A DNA stretch of 64,000 bases from an uncultured Actinomycetota bacterium (GTDB lineage: Bacteria > Actinomycetota > Acidimicrobiia > Acidimicrobiales > Bog-793). Below the pieces are notes generated by a model. The model saw only the letters and a program-made list of their open reading frames with translations, did not search any database and had not been told where the DNA came from. Positions 1 through 9,540 of this stretch are shown piece after piece (positions within the stretch are counted from its first letter, which is position 1; each line of letters opens with the position of its first letter). The position numbers were made by a program, and so were the translations under genes. The stretch lies in NCBI GenBank assembly GCA_963754255.1, contig CAVWEW010000010.1, positions 63,064 through 127,063 on the forward strand, given 5' to 3'.

Positions 1-633
1 ATGCCCTTGACCGCCGCCGCCCTGCTCGGGTGTGCCGTGCTGACGGGCATCGGCGCCGTCCGCCGCGTGGCACAGGTGGAACCGGGCAGCACCGTCGTCG
101 TCATCGGCGTCGGGGGTGTCGGCCTGAGCGTGATCCAGGGTGCCCGACTGGCGAGGGCGGAGCGAATCGTCGCCGTCGACCTGGTCGAGGAGAAGTTGGA
201 GGCGGCTGTGCGGTTCGGGGCGACCGATGCCGTCGGATCCGCGAGCGGTGAGCCGGCCGGAGTCGTCGCCGACCTGACAGAGGGGCGTGGGGCCGACTAC
301 GTATTCGTGTCGGTGGGGGTCCCGGCGGTGATGGAGCGAGCCGCCGCACTGTGCCGGCGAGGCGGCACGCTCGTGCTCGCCGGCATTCCGGCTGACGGCG
401 CAACTGTCACCTTCGACGGGATCCGGCTGCCGAACGACGGGTTGCGCATTCTCGGCTGCAAGATGGGCGCCACCCGGCTCGAAGAGGACGTGCCCGAGCT
501 GGTGCGGCTCTACACCGACGGCAGCCTCATGCTCGATGAGCTCGTCTCGGCCCGTTTCCCGCTCGATGCCATAAACGAGGCCGTCGCCGGTGTGCGCACC
601 GGGCTCGCACTGCGCAATGTGATCGTCTTCTGA
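1..633 (+). CDS. Zn-dependent alcohol dehydrogenase (MDR family), C-terminal part; 5' end lies outside the window
   Basis: The frame is open from base 1. It has a Rossmann GxGxxG (VVVIGVGGVGLSVIQGA) and an MDR-type C-terminal tail (ALRNVIVF), with a stop at 631-633. Confidence 0.8.
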   Translation: MPLTAAALLGCAVLTGIGAVRRVAQVEPGSTVVVIGVGGVGLSVIQGARLARAERIVAVDLVEEKLEAAVRFGATDAVGSASGEPAGVVADLTEGRGADYVFVSVGVPAVMERAAALCRRGGTLVLAGIPADGATVTFDGIRLPNDGLRILGCKMGATRLEEDVPELVRLYTDGSLMLDELVSARFPLDAINEAVAGVRTGLALRNVIVF

Positions 634-683
634 GACGCTCCTCGAGCTACAACCTCAGGTGGCTTCGCTCGTGGTGGGTTCAC

Positions 684-3600
684 TCAGGCCGGCGCCACCC
701 AGATCGGTGAGGACCACGCCATCTCTCCGTCCTCGAGGATGACCCGGGCGTAGTACCAGCTCGGGGCGGTGACCTCATCCTCGAAGGAAGCGACGACCTC
801 GTTGCTGCCCAGGCTGCACAGGCCCCCTGTGGCCCGTCGCAGGAAGAGCAGCCCAGCGGTGCTCCCGCCGATCTTGACAGCTCCCGCCGCCGCCAGCTCG
901 CCGAGGGTCGTCGAGCCGCGGAGCGCTGAGGTGACAACTCTCACCGCGGCCTGCGGGGACCCGATCAGGGTCAGCTCGACTCCGCCTCGCTGGGCGCCGT
1001 ACTGGGAGCAGAAGTTGCGGGTCTGCGCAGTCCAGCCCACCCGGTGCGGGCCGACATCGACGATCTCCGGCGACCAGAACTTGGTCTCCAGAACCTGCCC
1101 CTCCTCGATCTCGAGGTAGCCGCTCCAGTCCGCCCGGGCATCCTCGCCGATCGACCACTCGACACGCATCGGTACGGCCACCTCACCTTTGCCCACCGCC
1201 AGCTCGGGCTGGAGGCTGTGTGCCACCGTCCCGTTGCGAACGACGTCAACCCGGGCGATGCCGCAGTAGCCGCGAGCAGTGACGGTCAGCCGGGCCGCCG
1301 CCGAGGGCGCCGCCTCGCCGCCCATGAAGCAGTCGTTCAGGCGGAAGTCGACCACGATGTCGCGTGTCGTGGCGGCGATGGTGCGACGGTCGTACAGAGC
1401 GGCAAAGACGGACGGGCGGCTCAGCTGCTCCGCGAAGGCACCTACGTAGCTGGCGCCGTTGCCGTGGTCCGACGACGAGATGAGGCCGAAACGGTGCTCG
1501 CGTCGCAACCCGTCTGTGACGAAGGTGCCGGTGAGCGTCCCGTCCGAGTACTGGCGAAAGCAGCCGTCGTCCTCGTAGTTGCCCCGGCACGCCTGGAAGA
1601 CCTCCACGAGACGCTGCATGTCCTCTGCGTGATACGACCAGTCGAAAGCAACCATGGCCGAGCCGGGATGGTGCGGGATCGTGAGGCTCCTCTGGTCTGC
1701 TGAGCGGAGCTGCGCCCAGAGCCGGTCGGGAGTCGAGCTCTCGGCTGCGGCCGAGGAGTAGATGGGCGCACCTCGCCGAGCCGAGTCGTAGATGACGTTC
1801 TGGTGCCCGGTCGCCGCCGTCCACTCGAACCCGTAGAAGGGCACGAAACGGTCCTCGACGTGGAGAATGTCAGCCAGCTTCTGGATCGCCCACCACTGGT
1901 ACTGCGAGGTGTTCTCGGCGTGGTCGGTGACAGCCCAGAAGTCGTACTCGCAGACGTCGAAAGAGTACCGGTAGAAGTCGTCGAGCGCCGGCTCGTCGCC
2001 GGCGGTGCACCGGCTGATGAGCGAGTGCCGGTGCAGGTCCCCCCAGTACAGGGTGTAGGTCCGGTCGCCGTACGAGGTGCGGTAGCGCTCTCGGTGATCA
2101 GAAGACCCACTCCGGGCCCACGGGCGACTGTCCTCCGCCGGCTCCTTGATCACGAGCGGCCTGCCCGTCCCCTGCACAGCTTTCGACCCTTCGGGCGTCG
2201 CCGGAGGCGTCACGCGCCCGAAGCGGATCCCTCCTCCGCTGTGCACCGAATGCCAGACCACCTCACCGTAATGCTCGCGGCGGGCCACGCACTCCTGCCC
2301 CCCGAACCCCTCTGTCCAGCCGACCTGGCGGTCCTTTCGGCCGTCCTGCTGCCATGAGACGACCGCATCGGTTCCGCTGGCGGCGATCGCCGGCTCCTCG
2401 AGCGGCCCATCGGGATGGTCGAAGGTCGTGAGGTGCCCCCAGCCGGACGGGCCGTGCCACTCGAGGACCGTGTCCCAGAAGTACAGCATAAGTGGCAAGC
2501 GGCGCAGGCACCGGTAAGCGACGGCGATCGAGCCGTCGCCGGTCCGGACGAGGCGCGGAAGGGCGGCCGGCGAGATTTGCGCCCCGACTCCCACCTCTCC
2601 CACTTGCTCGGGAATCGCGCCGACCTCCTCCAGGCGTGCCACCGTCACCTCTGCGGTTACCTCCGGCGCCAGGTCGCCGGGCACGGCCGTGCCGTCCGCC
2701 CGATGACCCGGTCGGGGAGGCAGCTCCATCTCGGCTCGGGTGCGGAGCCGGGTCGGGCCCGACCCCCCGTGGCCGCTGAGGGCGACGGCGTCAAAGGCGC
2801 ACCAGAGGGACCCGTCCCCGGCAAAGACGAGGCTCGGATGGAGGCTGTAGGAGCCGGAGGTGCCGAGCATCTGCCTCACCGGCGGGCGCCCGTCCTCGCG
2901 CAGCAAAAGGGCGGTCCGGTAGCCGCCCTCGCCGTAGGTGGTCCAGGCGTAGCAGGTCCTGCCCGCAGCGTCGACGGCGAGCGTCGGGTCCCAGACGTTG
3001 CGCTCGTCGCCGGCGCTGAGCGGCTCTGTCTCCCCGAAGCCGCCGCCCTCCTGGCGGCGACTGAAGATACGGAAGCGGCCGTTCTCGTAACCCTGCCAAC
3101 AGCACTCGAGAGCGCCGTTCTCGTGGCAGAGCAGCTCCTGGTTGAAAGAGGGGTGGGCGGTGGTGCTCAGTAGTTCAGCCTGCCCCCACGCCCCGCCCGG
3201 CCGCTCACGGGCCCACCACACGCCGACTTGCCCGCCTCGCCTGAGGCCGAAGCACACCGAGCCCACTCCGTCACCGTCGAAGGCGACCGAGGGTCGTAGG
3301 CAGTCACCGGGAGGGCCCGAGATGGCCAGCGGAGCGTCGAGAAGGCGACCGGAGGCGTCGAGGGTGACCACCATCACCTGCTCTCCGAGTTGGTCCTGCC
3401 ATTCGAGCCACGCAAGGAGCATCCTCCCGTCGCACGAGGTGGCGATGGCCGGGCGTGCCGCCGGCGTGGAGGTGGGCATCGCCGTGCTGGCAAGGTTGCG
3501 GAACCCCGCCAACCGCGGCGCCGAGGCGAGCTCGGCTCCGGCCTGGCCGAGCACAAGCTCGACGATCTCGCGACCATCGTCCACCGAGGTATAGCGCGAG

Positions 3601-3722
3601 GGGTCCGGGTCGAGCATCGCCAGGACCTTCGTGAGATCCGCCCCCGTCTCGGCGGCGGTCATCAGCCGGCGGTTGAATGCCTCCACCAGCGCTAGCAGCC
3701 GGCGATCAGATGCGGCGTACAT
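684..3722 (-). CDS. Large cytoplasmic PHP-superfamily (DUF3604-like) metal-dependent hydrolase with an uncharacterised ~550-aa N-terminal region
   Basis: Unbroken 1012-aa ORF. The C-terminal half carries PHP-type metal-ligand motifs (YWGDLHRHS, AVTDHAE, GFEWT, IPHHPG, SSSDHGNG). The N-terminal half is Trp/Gly-rich and repetitive. No signal peptide. Confidence 0.65.
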   Translation of the reverse strand: MYAASDRRLLALVEAFNRRLMTAAETGADLTKVLAMLDPDPSRYTSVDDGREIVELVLGQAGAELASAPRLAGFRNLASTAMPTSTPAARPAIATSCDGRMLLAWLEWQDQLGEQVMVVTLDASGRLLDAPLAISGPPGDCLRPSVAFDGDGVGSVCFGLRRGGQVGVWWARERPGGAWGQAELLSTTAHPSFNQELLCHENGALECCWQGYENGRFRIFSRRQEGGGFGETEPLSAGDERNVWDPTLAVDAAGRTCYAWTTYGEGGYRTALLLREDGRPPVRQMLGTSGSYSLHPSLVFAGDGSLWCAFDAVALSGHGGSGPTRLRTRAEMELPPRPGHRADGTAVPGDLAPEVTAEVTVARLEEVGAIPEQVGEVGVGAQISPAALPRLVRTGDGSIAVAYRCLRRLPLMLYFWDTVLEWHGPSGWGHLTTFDHPDGPLEEPAIAASGTDAVVSWQQDGRKDRQVGWTEGFGGQECVARREHYGEVVWHSVHSGGGIRFGRVTPPATPEGSKAVQGTGRPLVIKEPAEDSRPWARSGSSDHRERYRTSYGDRTYTLYWGDLHRHSLISRCTAGDEPALDDFYRYSFDVCEYDFWAVTDHAENTSQYQWWAIQKLADILHVEDRFVPFYGFEWTAATGHQNVIYDSARRGAPIYSSAAAESSTPDRLWAQLRSADQRSLTIPHHPGSAMVAFDWSYHAEDMQRLVEVFQACRGNYEDDGCFRQYSDGTLTGTFVTDGLRREHRFGLISSSDHGNGASYVGAFAEQLSRPSVFAALYDRRTIAATTRDIVVDFRLNDCFMGGEAAPSAAARLTVTARGYCGIARVDVVRNGTVAHSLQPELAVGKGEVAVPMRVEWSIGEDARADWSGYLEIEEGQVLETKFWSPEIVDVGPHRVGWTAQTRNFCSQYGAQRGGVELTLIGSPQAAVRVVTSALRGSTTLGELAAAGAVKIGGSTAGLLFLRRATGGLCSLGSNEVVASFEDEVTAPSWYYARVILEDGEMAWSSPIWVAPA

Positions 3723-3947
3723 CTCGAGTCCGTGATCACGGCCGTCGCACTCGTGGATGACCGGTCCTCCTTTGAGATTGGCCCGTCTATCAGGAAGGGC
3801 GGTCGATCAGGCACAGATTGAGATGCGGAAAACGTGCCACTGGTCCGACCGACCATACGTCATCGACCCGCTCGGGCGCTCCGCCGCGAGGACGACGTCG
3901 TCACCCCGAGGGGCTAGTTCTGGGCCGCTCCGGGGGGTTCTTGCAAG

Positions 3948-3961
3948 GTGACACCGGTCAC
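3948..3961. promoter_or_regulatory. Inverted repeat GTGAC-accg-GTCAC in a divergent intergenic region (candidate operator)
   Basis: Perfect 5+5 inverted repeat with a 4-nt spacer, extendable to aaGGTGAC/GTCACtTt. It sits 69 nt upstream of ATG 4030. The same arms and spacing recur at 36805-36818. Confidence 0.3.
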
Positions 3962-4029
3962 TTTAGGCTCAGGCGAAGTTTACGAACGTGTGGCAGGAAG
4001 CTCTGCCTCGCTGAGGGAGGTAACGGGGG

Positions 4030-5661
4030 ATGGATCCAGAAGACACTCGGGCAGCGGATCTCGGCTTGGCGATCGGCTCCGAACGCCAGTCGCGCCGCGA
4101 CTTCCTCCGCCTCGCCGCCGGGGGGGCTGCCGCACTCGGCGTGGGGGGGATTCTCGCCGCATGTGGTTCGTCGAGCACCACTTCGACATCGTCTCCGGGC
4201 TCGAATTCCGCCGGGACGCCGAAACGTGGCGGGACCCTCACCCTCGGCAGCACGGGCGGGGGGTCCTCGGACACCCTCGACGGCAACAACTGCATCGAGA
4301 ACCTCGACTTTGCCCGCGCGCCCCAGCTGTACGACACGCTGATGGAAGTAGACGCGAACAACGTCCCCCAGCTTCACCTGGCCGAGGAGGTCACACCGAA
4401 CGCCGACGCGACCGAGTGGACGATACGCGTGCGAAAGGGGGTGGAGTTCCATGACGGCAAGGAGCTCACGATCGACGACGTGCTCTACACCTTCAACCGG
4501 ATCGTGACGAAGAATTTCTCGGCTGCTTCGGCCCTGGCCTTCATGAACCTGAAGAACGTCACCAAGATGGACAAGTACACCGCCAAGATCCCCATGCACA
4601 GCGGCTTCTCGATCATGCCTTACACCCTCATCGGCAACGGCGAGATGAGCATCGTGCCGGTGGGCTTCGACCCGAAGCATCCCGTCGGCACCGGACCGTT
4701 CAGGTACAAGTCGTTCACACCTGGCCAGCAGAGCGTCTTCACGCGTAACGAGCACTACTGGGTGCCCGGCCAGCCGTACCTCGACGAGGTGGCCATCGTC
4801 GACTATGCCGACGAGACCTCCCAGGTGAACGCCCTCCTGTCGGGCCAGTCGACCTGTGTCGACCAGCTGTCGATCGCGAGCGTTGCCCAGATCAAGTCGA
4901 GCGGCAAGACGGCCAACATCTGGCCCGGCCCCGGCTGGGTCCCCTTCACCATGCGCCTCGACTCGCCGCCCTTCAACGACGTGCGCGTGCGTCAGGCGAT
5001 GCGCCTCGTCGTCGACCGTCCCGAGCTGCAAAAGGTCGTCTATGGCGGTTACGGCTTTGTCGGCAACGACATCTTCGGGCGGACGGACCCGGAGTACGAC
5101 ACGTCTCTCCCGCAGCGCCATCAGGACATCGCCCAGGCGAAGTTCCTCTTGAAAAAGGCGGGACAGGAGGGTCTGACGACGACGCTCGTGACGGCACCGA
5201 TCAAGACCGGAGCCGTCGAGCAGGCCCAGGTGCTGAAGCAGCAGGCGAGCGCGGCCGGGATCACAATCAACCTCAACTCGATCACGAGCGGCACGTTCTT
5301 CGGGCCGAACTACCTCAAATGGCCTTTTTCACAGGACTGGTGGAGCGGCTACCCGTATCTGCGCCAGGCCGGCTACTCGATGGTGCCCGGCGCCCCGTGG
5401 GACGAGACCCACTGGGACACGAGCTCCTACGGGACGAAGTATCTGAGCATCTACAAGCAGGCGCTGAGCACTGTAGATGCCAGCAAGCAGGCTGATCTCG
5501 TCCACGAGCTGATGAGCATGGACTGGAACGATGGCGGCTACGTCATCGCCGCTTTCAACCCGGTGATCGTCGGCCAGTCGCCGGCGCTGAAGGGCGTGGC
5601 GACCCAGAAGACCGGCGACCCCTGGATGGAGTGGCGATTCCGCAGCATGTGGCTGAGCTGA
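4030..5661 (+). CDS. ABC-transporter substrate-binding protein, family 5 (peptide/nickel type), TAT-exported lipoprotein
   Basis: RBS GGGAGG upstream of ATG 4030. Twin-arginine motif SRRDFLRLAAGG followed by lipobox ILAAC. Family-5 SBP architecture over 543 aa. No permease or ATPase genes adjacent. Confidence 0.85.
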   Translation: MDPEDTRAADLGLAIGSERQSRRDFLRLAAGGAAALGVGGILAACGSSSTTSTSSPGSNSAGTPKRGGTLTLGSTGGGSSDTLDGNNCIENLDFARAPQLYDTLMEVDANNVPQLHLAEEVTPNADATEWTIRVRKGVEFHDGKELTIDDVLYTFNRIVTKNFSAASALAFMNLKNVTKMDKYTAKIPMHSGFSIMPYTLIGNGEMSIVPVGFDPKHPVGTGPFRYKSFTPGQQSVFTRNEHYWVPGQPYLDEVAIVDYADETSQVNALLSGQSTCVDQLSIASVAQIKSSGKTANIWPGPGWVPFTMRLDSPPFNDVRVRQAMRLVVDRPELQKVVYGGYGFVGNDIFGRTDPEYDTSLPQRHQDIAQAKFLLKKAGQEGLTTTLVTAPIKTGAVEQAQVLKQQASAAGITINLNSITSGTFFGPNYLKWPFSQDWWSGYPYLRQAGYSMVPGAPWDETHWDTSSYGTKYLSIYKQALSTVDASKQADLVHELMSMDWNDGGYVIAAFNPVIVGQSPALKGVATQKTGDPWMEWRFRSMWLS

Positions 5662-5732
5662 CACGCTGACGGCGCAGGCACACTGCCGGATCTAGGGACC
5701 GGCTGCAGAATGACGGATGGTCACGCCCACCC

Positions 5733-6846
5733 TCAGCCGGCGCGGAGGCTCCGCGCCTCGCCGAGCGCTGCGGCCACCTCCCCCATCAAACTCGCCGGGC
5801 CGACGGTGATGCGCAGGTGGCCGGCCAGGCCGAAGTCGCTCCCGGGGCGGACGAGGAAGCGGCGCCGGGCGAGCGCCTCGTAAAGGGCCAGGTCGTCCCC
5901 ACCCGGCGCGGCGAGGACGAAGTTCGCCTGCGAAGGCACCGAGAAGATATCGAGGTCGGCGAGCGCCCCTGCGAAACCCTCCCGGGCCGCGACCACGGCC
6001 CTTCGCCGTCTCTCGACCGCGGCCGGATCGGCGAGGCAGGCCGTGCCGGCAGCAAGGGCGAGGCGATTGACGTTGAACGGCTCCTGGACGGCGTCGTAGC
6101 ACGGCACCAGGTCCGGATGGGCGAGGGCGTAGCCGAGGCGGAGGCCGGCGATGCCGAACAGCTTGGAGAACGTCCGCAGCACGACGAGGCGCCGGCCGGC
6201 GACGACGTCGCCCACCCGGTCGGGACGCTGCGCAGGTTCGATGTAGTCGGCGTAGGCCTCGTCAACGACAACCAGGCAGTTGGCGGGAAGAGCATCGAGG
6301 AACCCGGTCCATTCCCCCGCGCTGAGGGCGTCCCCGGTGGGATTGTTCGGGTCGCAGACGATGACGAGCTTGGCGCCCTCGGCGGCCGCGGTCATCGCCG
6401 GGAGGTCGAAGCGATAGCCGGCGAGCGGCACGCGAGCTATCTCCGCCCCGGCCGCCTCCAGGGCCTGCCGGTAGAGGCCGTAGGTGGGCGAGGGCAGCAC
6501 GACCTTGTCCCCGGGCTCGACGAAGACCGACACCGTGGCAAGTACGAGTGACTGGATGCCGTGGGCCGGGATGACCATCGCCGCCTCGGCGCCGCTCCAG
6601 GCCGCCACCAGGCGGCGAAAGTCGTCATATGCCTGCTCGGGATAGCGAGGAAGCGGCCTCTTCGAGCTCGGCGACGACGGCATCGTGCACGCCGGGGAGC
6701 AGGCCGAAGAGATCCTCGTTCCAGTTCAACTTGACCATGCCCTCCACTCCGTAGCGGGCTTCGATGTCCGCCACGCTCGGGCCAGGGTCGTACTCGACGA
6801 CGCCTTGCAGGGTCGGGCGGACGAGGTCGCGCAGTGTGGACGTCAA
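5733..6846 (-). pseudogene. Class I/II (histidinol-phosphate-type) aminotransferase, frame-disrupted as sequenced
   Basis: The N-terminal piece (KLNWNEDLFGLLPGV) is in the 6625-6918 frame. The rest (CDPNNPTG, VVVDEAYADY, RTFSKLFGIAGLRLGY with the PLP lysine) is in the 5733-6683 frame. The frames switch near 6645-6655. The likely TTG start at 6846 overlaps the upstream stop (TTGA). Confidence 0.7.
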
Positions 6847-8480
6847 GGTGTCGGGGCCGCCGCCACGAGCCGCTCCCTCAGCACCACGACGGCGGGGCCC
6901 GCCTCGGCGAGGGCCCATGAGAGGTCGCCGGCGAGCCGGTCCGGCGTGGTCGTGCGCACCGCCACACCGGCGGCGGCGGCGACGGCGGCCAGGTCCGGTT
7001 GGACCAGGTCCACCTCATGGGTGACGCCGAAGGCGGACATTTGGTACTCGCGGAGAATCCCGTAGCCGCCGTCGTCGATGAGGAGGAGAGCCGCCGGCAG
7101 GCCGTACTGACGCGCCGTGGCCAGCTCGGCGGCTCCGTAGGAGAAGCCGCCGTCGCCCACCACGGCCAGCACCGGGGTGCCCGGCAGGCCGACGCAGGCC
7201 CCGAGCGCCGCCGGCCACGCATAGCCGAGCGTGCCGGAGCCGAGCGGGTAGAGGAACCGCCTCGCCGCCGGCGCCCGGTGGTGGGGGGCAGCCCAGTAGC
7301 CGAGGATGGTCATGTCCCATGCCTGCACCGCCGTGTCCGGGAGGACCGCGCCGATGCTCGCCAGCAGCCCAGCCTCGAGCGAGCGATCCTGCGCCGAGAG
7401 GCCTGCGGCGACGCGGCGGCGGAGGGAGGCGACGGCCTCGGAGCCATCTCGGCGCCGGGGCCCCGGTGCCGTCCGAAGGTGGTCCGCCAGCAGGCGGAGC
7501 ACTTCAGCGGCGTCGCCGGCCAGGCCGACAACCGGGTAGGAGGCGCCGAGTCGTTCCGGGGCGGCATCTATCTGGACGAGTCGCCCTCTCGGGGCCAGGG
7601 CGTACTGCTGTGTGGTCTCGGCACCGAGCTCCGTCCCCACGCAGACGAGGACGTCGGCGTCCTCGAGAAGCTCCCGGAAGGCGGCCTCGTCGCAACAGCA
7701 GCCGACCGACAGGCGATGTTCGGAAGGGAAAGCCCCCTTTCCCATGTAGGTGGTGGCGACCGGGGAGCCGAGCAGCTCGGCCAATTCGAGCAGCTCCGCC
7801 CATGCCCCTGCGCGGAGCACGCCGCCCCCCGCCCACAGCACGGGGCGCTCGCTCTCACGGAGCAGAGCCGCCGCCTCGGCCAGGGCGGCCGGCTCGGGGC
7901 GAGGGGGGCGGCCGGGCGAACCGTCGAGCTCCTTCACCTCTGGCACGCTCGTCTCCTCGCTGAGCAGGTCGACTGGCACCTCGACGACGACGGGGCCGGT
8001 GGGCGCGCTGCGGGCTTTGCTCCAGGCGGCGGCCATCACAGACGGGAGCGACTCCAGGCTGGGGACGCTGACTGCCCACTTCACGATGGGCGCGAAGCTG
8101 GCCAGCTGATCGGGGAGCTCGTGCAGATAGCCACGCCGCCTGCCGACGAGGTGGCGCGGGATCTGGGAGACCACCGCGACCACCGGCACGTGAGAGCTGG
8201 CGGCCTCCATGAGCGCTGTCAGGGAGTTGAGCGCCCCGGGCCCGGTCGAGAGGAGGAGGGTCGCCGGGCGCCCGGTGGTGCGGGCGTAGCCGTCGGCGGC
8301 GAAGCCGGCGGACAGCTCTGTGCGCATGACGATCGAGGGGAGGTGCCGGCGACGGAGACCTTCCCAGGCGGGAAGGGCGTGGACGCCGGGAAGCCCGAAG
8401 ACGACCTCGGCCCCGAGTGCCGACAGACACTCGGCCAGGAGCTCGCCGCCCGTCCGGTTCGGTCTCGCCACAGCACTCAA
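6843..8480 (-). CDS. Thiamine-pyrophosphate-dependent enzyme (acetolactate-synthase large-subunit-like)
   Basis: 545-aa ORF with an N-terminal TPP-pyrimidine domain (GGELLAECLSALGAEVVFGLPG), a central domain and a C-terminal TPP-binding GDGGF...N motif (VVGDGGFSYGAAEL). Confidence 0.85.
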   Translation of the reverse strand: MSAVARPNRTGGELLAECLSALGAEVVFGLPGVHALPAWEGLRRRHLPSIVMRTELSAGFAADGYARTTGRPATLLLSTGPGALNSLTALMEAASSHVPVVAVVSQIPRHLVGRRRGYLHELPDQLASFAPIVKWAVSVPSLESLPSVMAAAWSKARSAPTGPVVVEVPVDLLSEETSVPEVKELDGSPGRPPRPEPAALAEAAALLRESERPVLWAGGGVLRAGAWAELLELAELLGSPVATTYMGKGAFPSEHRLSVGCCCDEAAFRELLEDADVLVCVGTELGAETTQQYALAPRGRLVQIDAAPERLGASYPVVGLAGDAAEVLRLLADHLRTAPGPRRRDGSEAVASLRRRVAAGLSAQDRSLEAGLLASIGAVLPDTAVQAWDMTILGYWAAPHHRAPAARRFLYPLGSGTLGYAWPAALGACVGLPGTPVLAVVGDGGFSYGAAELATARQYGLPAALLLIDDGGYGILREYQMSAFGVTHEVDLVQPDLAAVAAAAGVAVRTTTPDRLAGDLSWALAEAGPAVVVLRERLVAAAPTP

Positions 8481-8519
8481 GTCCCCGTCTCCCGTCTCGC
8501 CCGAAGAGGCGACCGTAGC

Positions 8520-9395
8520 TCAGCCGGCCCGGGCGGCCGGAACGATCCTCTTCCGCCCGGCGACGACGCCGATGGCGGCTATGCCGACGATGCCCCCGGC
8601 GAGCTGGACGACGTCGAGTGTCTGATGGAGAAAGATCCAGGCCGCCCCGCCGGCGAAGACAGGGTTGCTGGCCCCGACGACGGAGGAGACCGAGACGTCG
8701 ACGCTTCGGTGAGCCCAGTTCATGAGCAGGTGGCCCGTCCCTGGCACGACCGCCAGCAGGCCGATCCACAGCCACGACCCGGGCCGCGACACCCCGAGCC
8801 CCTGGCCGGAGATGAGCACGACGGGCAACAGCACCACCGCCCCCACCGCGGTGACGCCGAAGGTGTACTCGAGGGCTCCTGTCGCCTGACGAGCCCGCTT
8901 GGAAACGACGAAGTAGCCCGCCCAGGCCAGCAGAGAAGCGACGGCGAGGACGTCACCGGCGAGATGGTGGGAAGTCGGCACGCCCGGCCCGATGACGACG
9001 ACGCTGACACCGGCGATGGCAAGCGCCGTCCAGGCGATGTCGGTGCGGGTGATGATCTCACCGAACATCCGGCCCGCCACGAGGAGAACGAGAGCTGGTT
9101 GGAGGGCGGCGATCACTGTGACATCGGCGATGCTCGTGAGTTTGACAGCGCTGAAGAAGCAGGCCATGTCCGCCGCCAGCAGGATGCCACCCGGCACCAC
9201 CGCGCCGAGGTGGCGCCAGCGCAATGTGCGCCTAGTGGCCAGACTGACGATGAGCAGGATGGCCGTCGCGACCCACAGCCGGTAGAGGGTGAGGACCAGT
9301 GCCGGCACGTCGGCCACCTTGACGAATATGGCCGCCACGCCCCACGCCGCCGCCGCGGTGGCCGATGCCGCCAGTCCGAGTGCCGGCTGGCGCAC
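8520..9395 (-). CDS. EamA/DMT-family membrane transporter
   Basis: About 10 hydrophobic segments in two EamA-like halves. The listed 468-aa ORF has an Arg/Pro/Ser-rich N-terminal extension that overlaps the next gene. GTG 9395 (VRQPALGLAAS...) gives a normal 291-aa protein. Start is uncertain. Confidence 0.7.
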   Translation of the reverse strand: MRQPALGLAASATAAAAWGVAAIFVKVADVPALVLTLYRLWVATAILLIVSLATRRTLRWRHLGAVVPGGILLAADMACFFSAVKLTSIADVTVIAALQPALVLLVAGRMFGEIITRTDIAWTALAIAGVSVVVIGPGVPTSHHLAGDVLAVASLLAWAGYFVVSKRARQATGALEYTFGVTAVGAVVLLPVVLISGQGLGVSRPGSWLWIGLLAVVPGTGHLLMNWAHRSVDVSVSSVVGASNPVFAGGAAWIFLHQTLDVVQLAGGIVGIAAIGVVAGRKRIVPAARAG

Positions 9396-9540
9396 TCGCT
9401 CGGGCTGGACCTTCGACGGCGCGACAGGATCGTGCCGAGCCTGCGAAGTGCCGGCGCCCCCGGTCTCTGACCGGCGGAGGCGCCCGCGCCCATCCTCCGG
9501 CCGGGGACCGGGCACAGACCGGCTCAAGTGGAGCCGGTGG

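Noticed and set aside
3958-5121. Long antisense ORFs opposite well-supported genes (e.g. 3958-5121 -, 6999-9470 +, 12857-14512 -, 19814-21457 +, 22187-24175 -, 45799-46986 -, 46559-47929 -, 61807-62730 -)
   Set aside because: Their translations are Arg/Pro/Gly/Ala-rich and low-complexity with no recognisable motifs. The opposite strand encodes clear homologues. Such shadow ORFs are expected at about 70 % GC.
8478-8494. tcaagtccccgtctcc, which resembles the tRNA-Leu T-arm/acceptor (ttcaagtcccccctcc) and could be an att-type repeat
   Set aside because: It is only a 10-nt exact match, on the wrong side of the tRNA, 24 kb away in a core-gene intergenic region. This is most likely chance.
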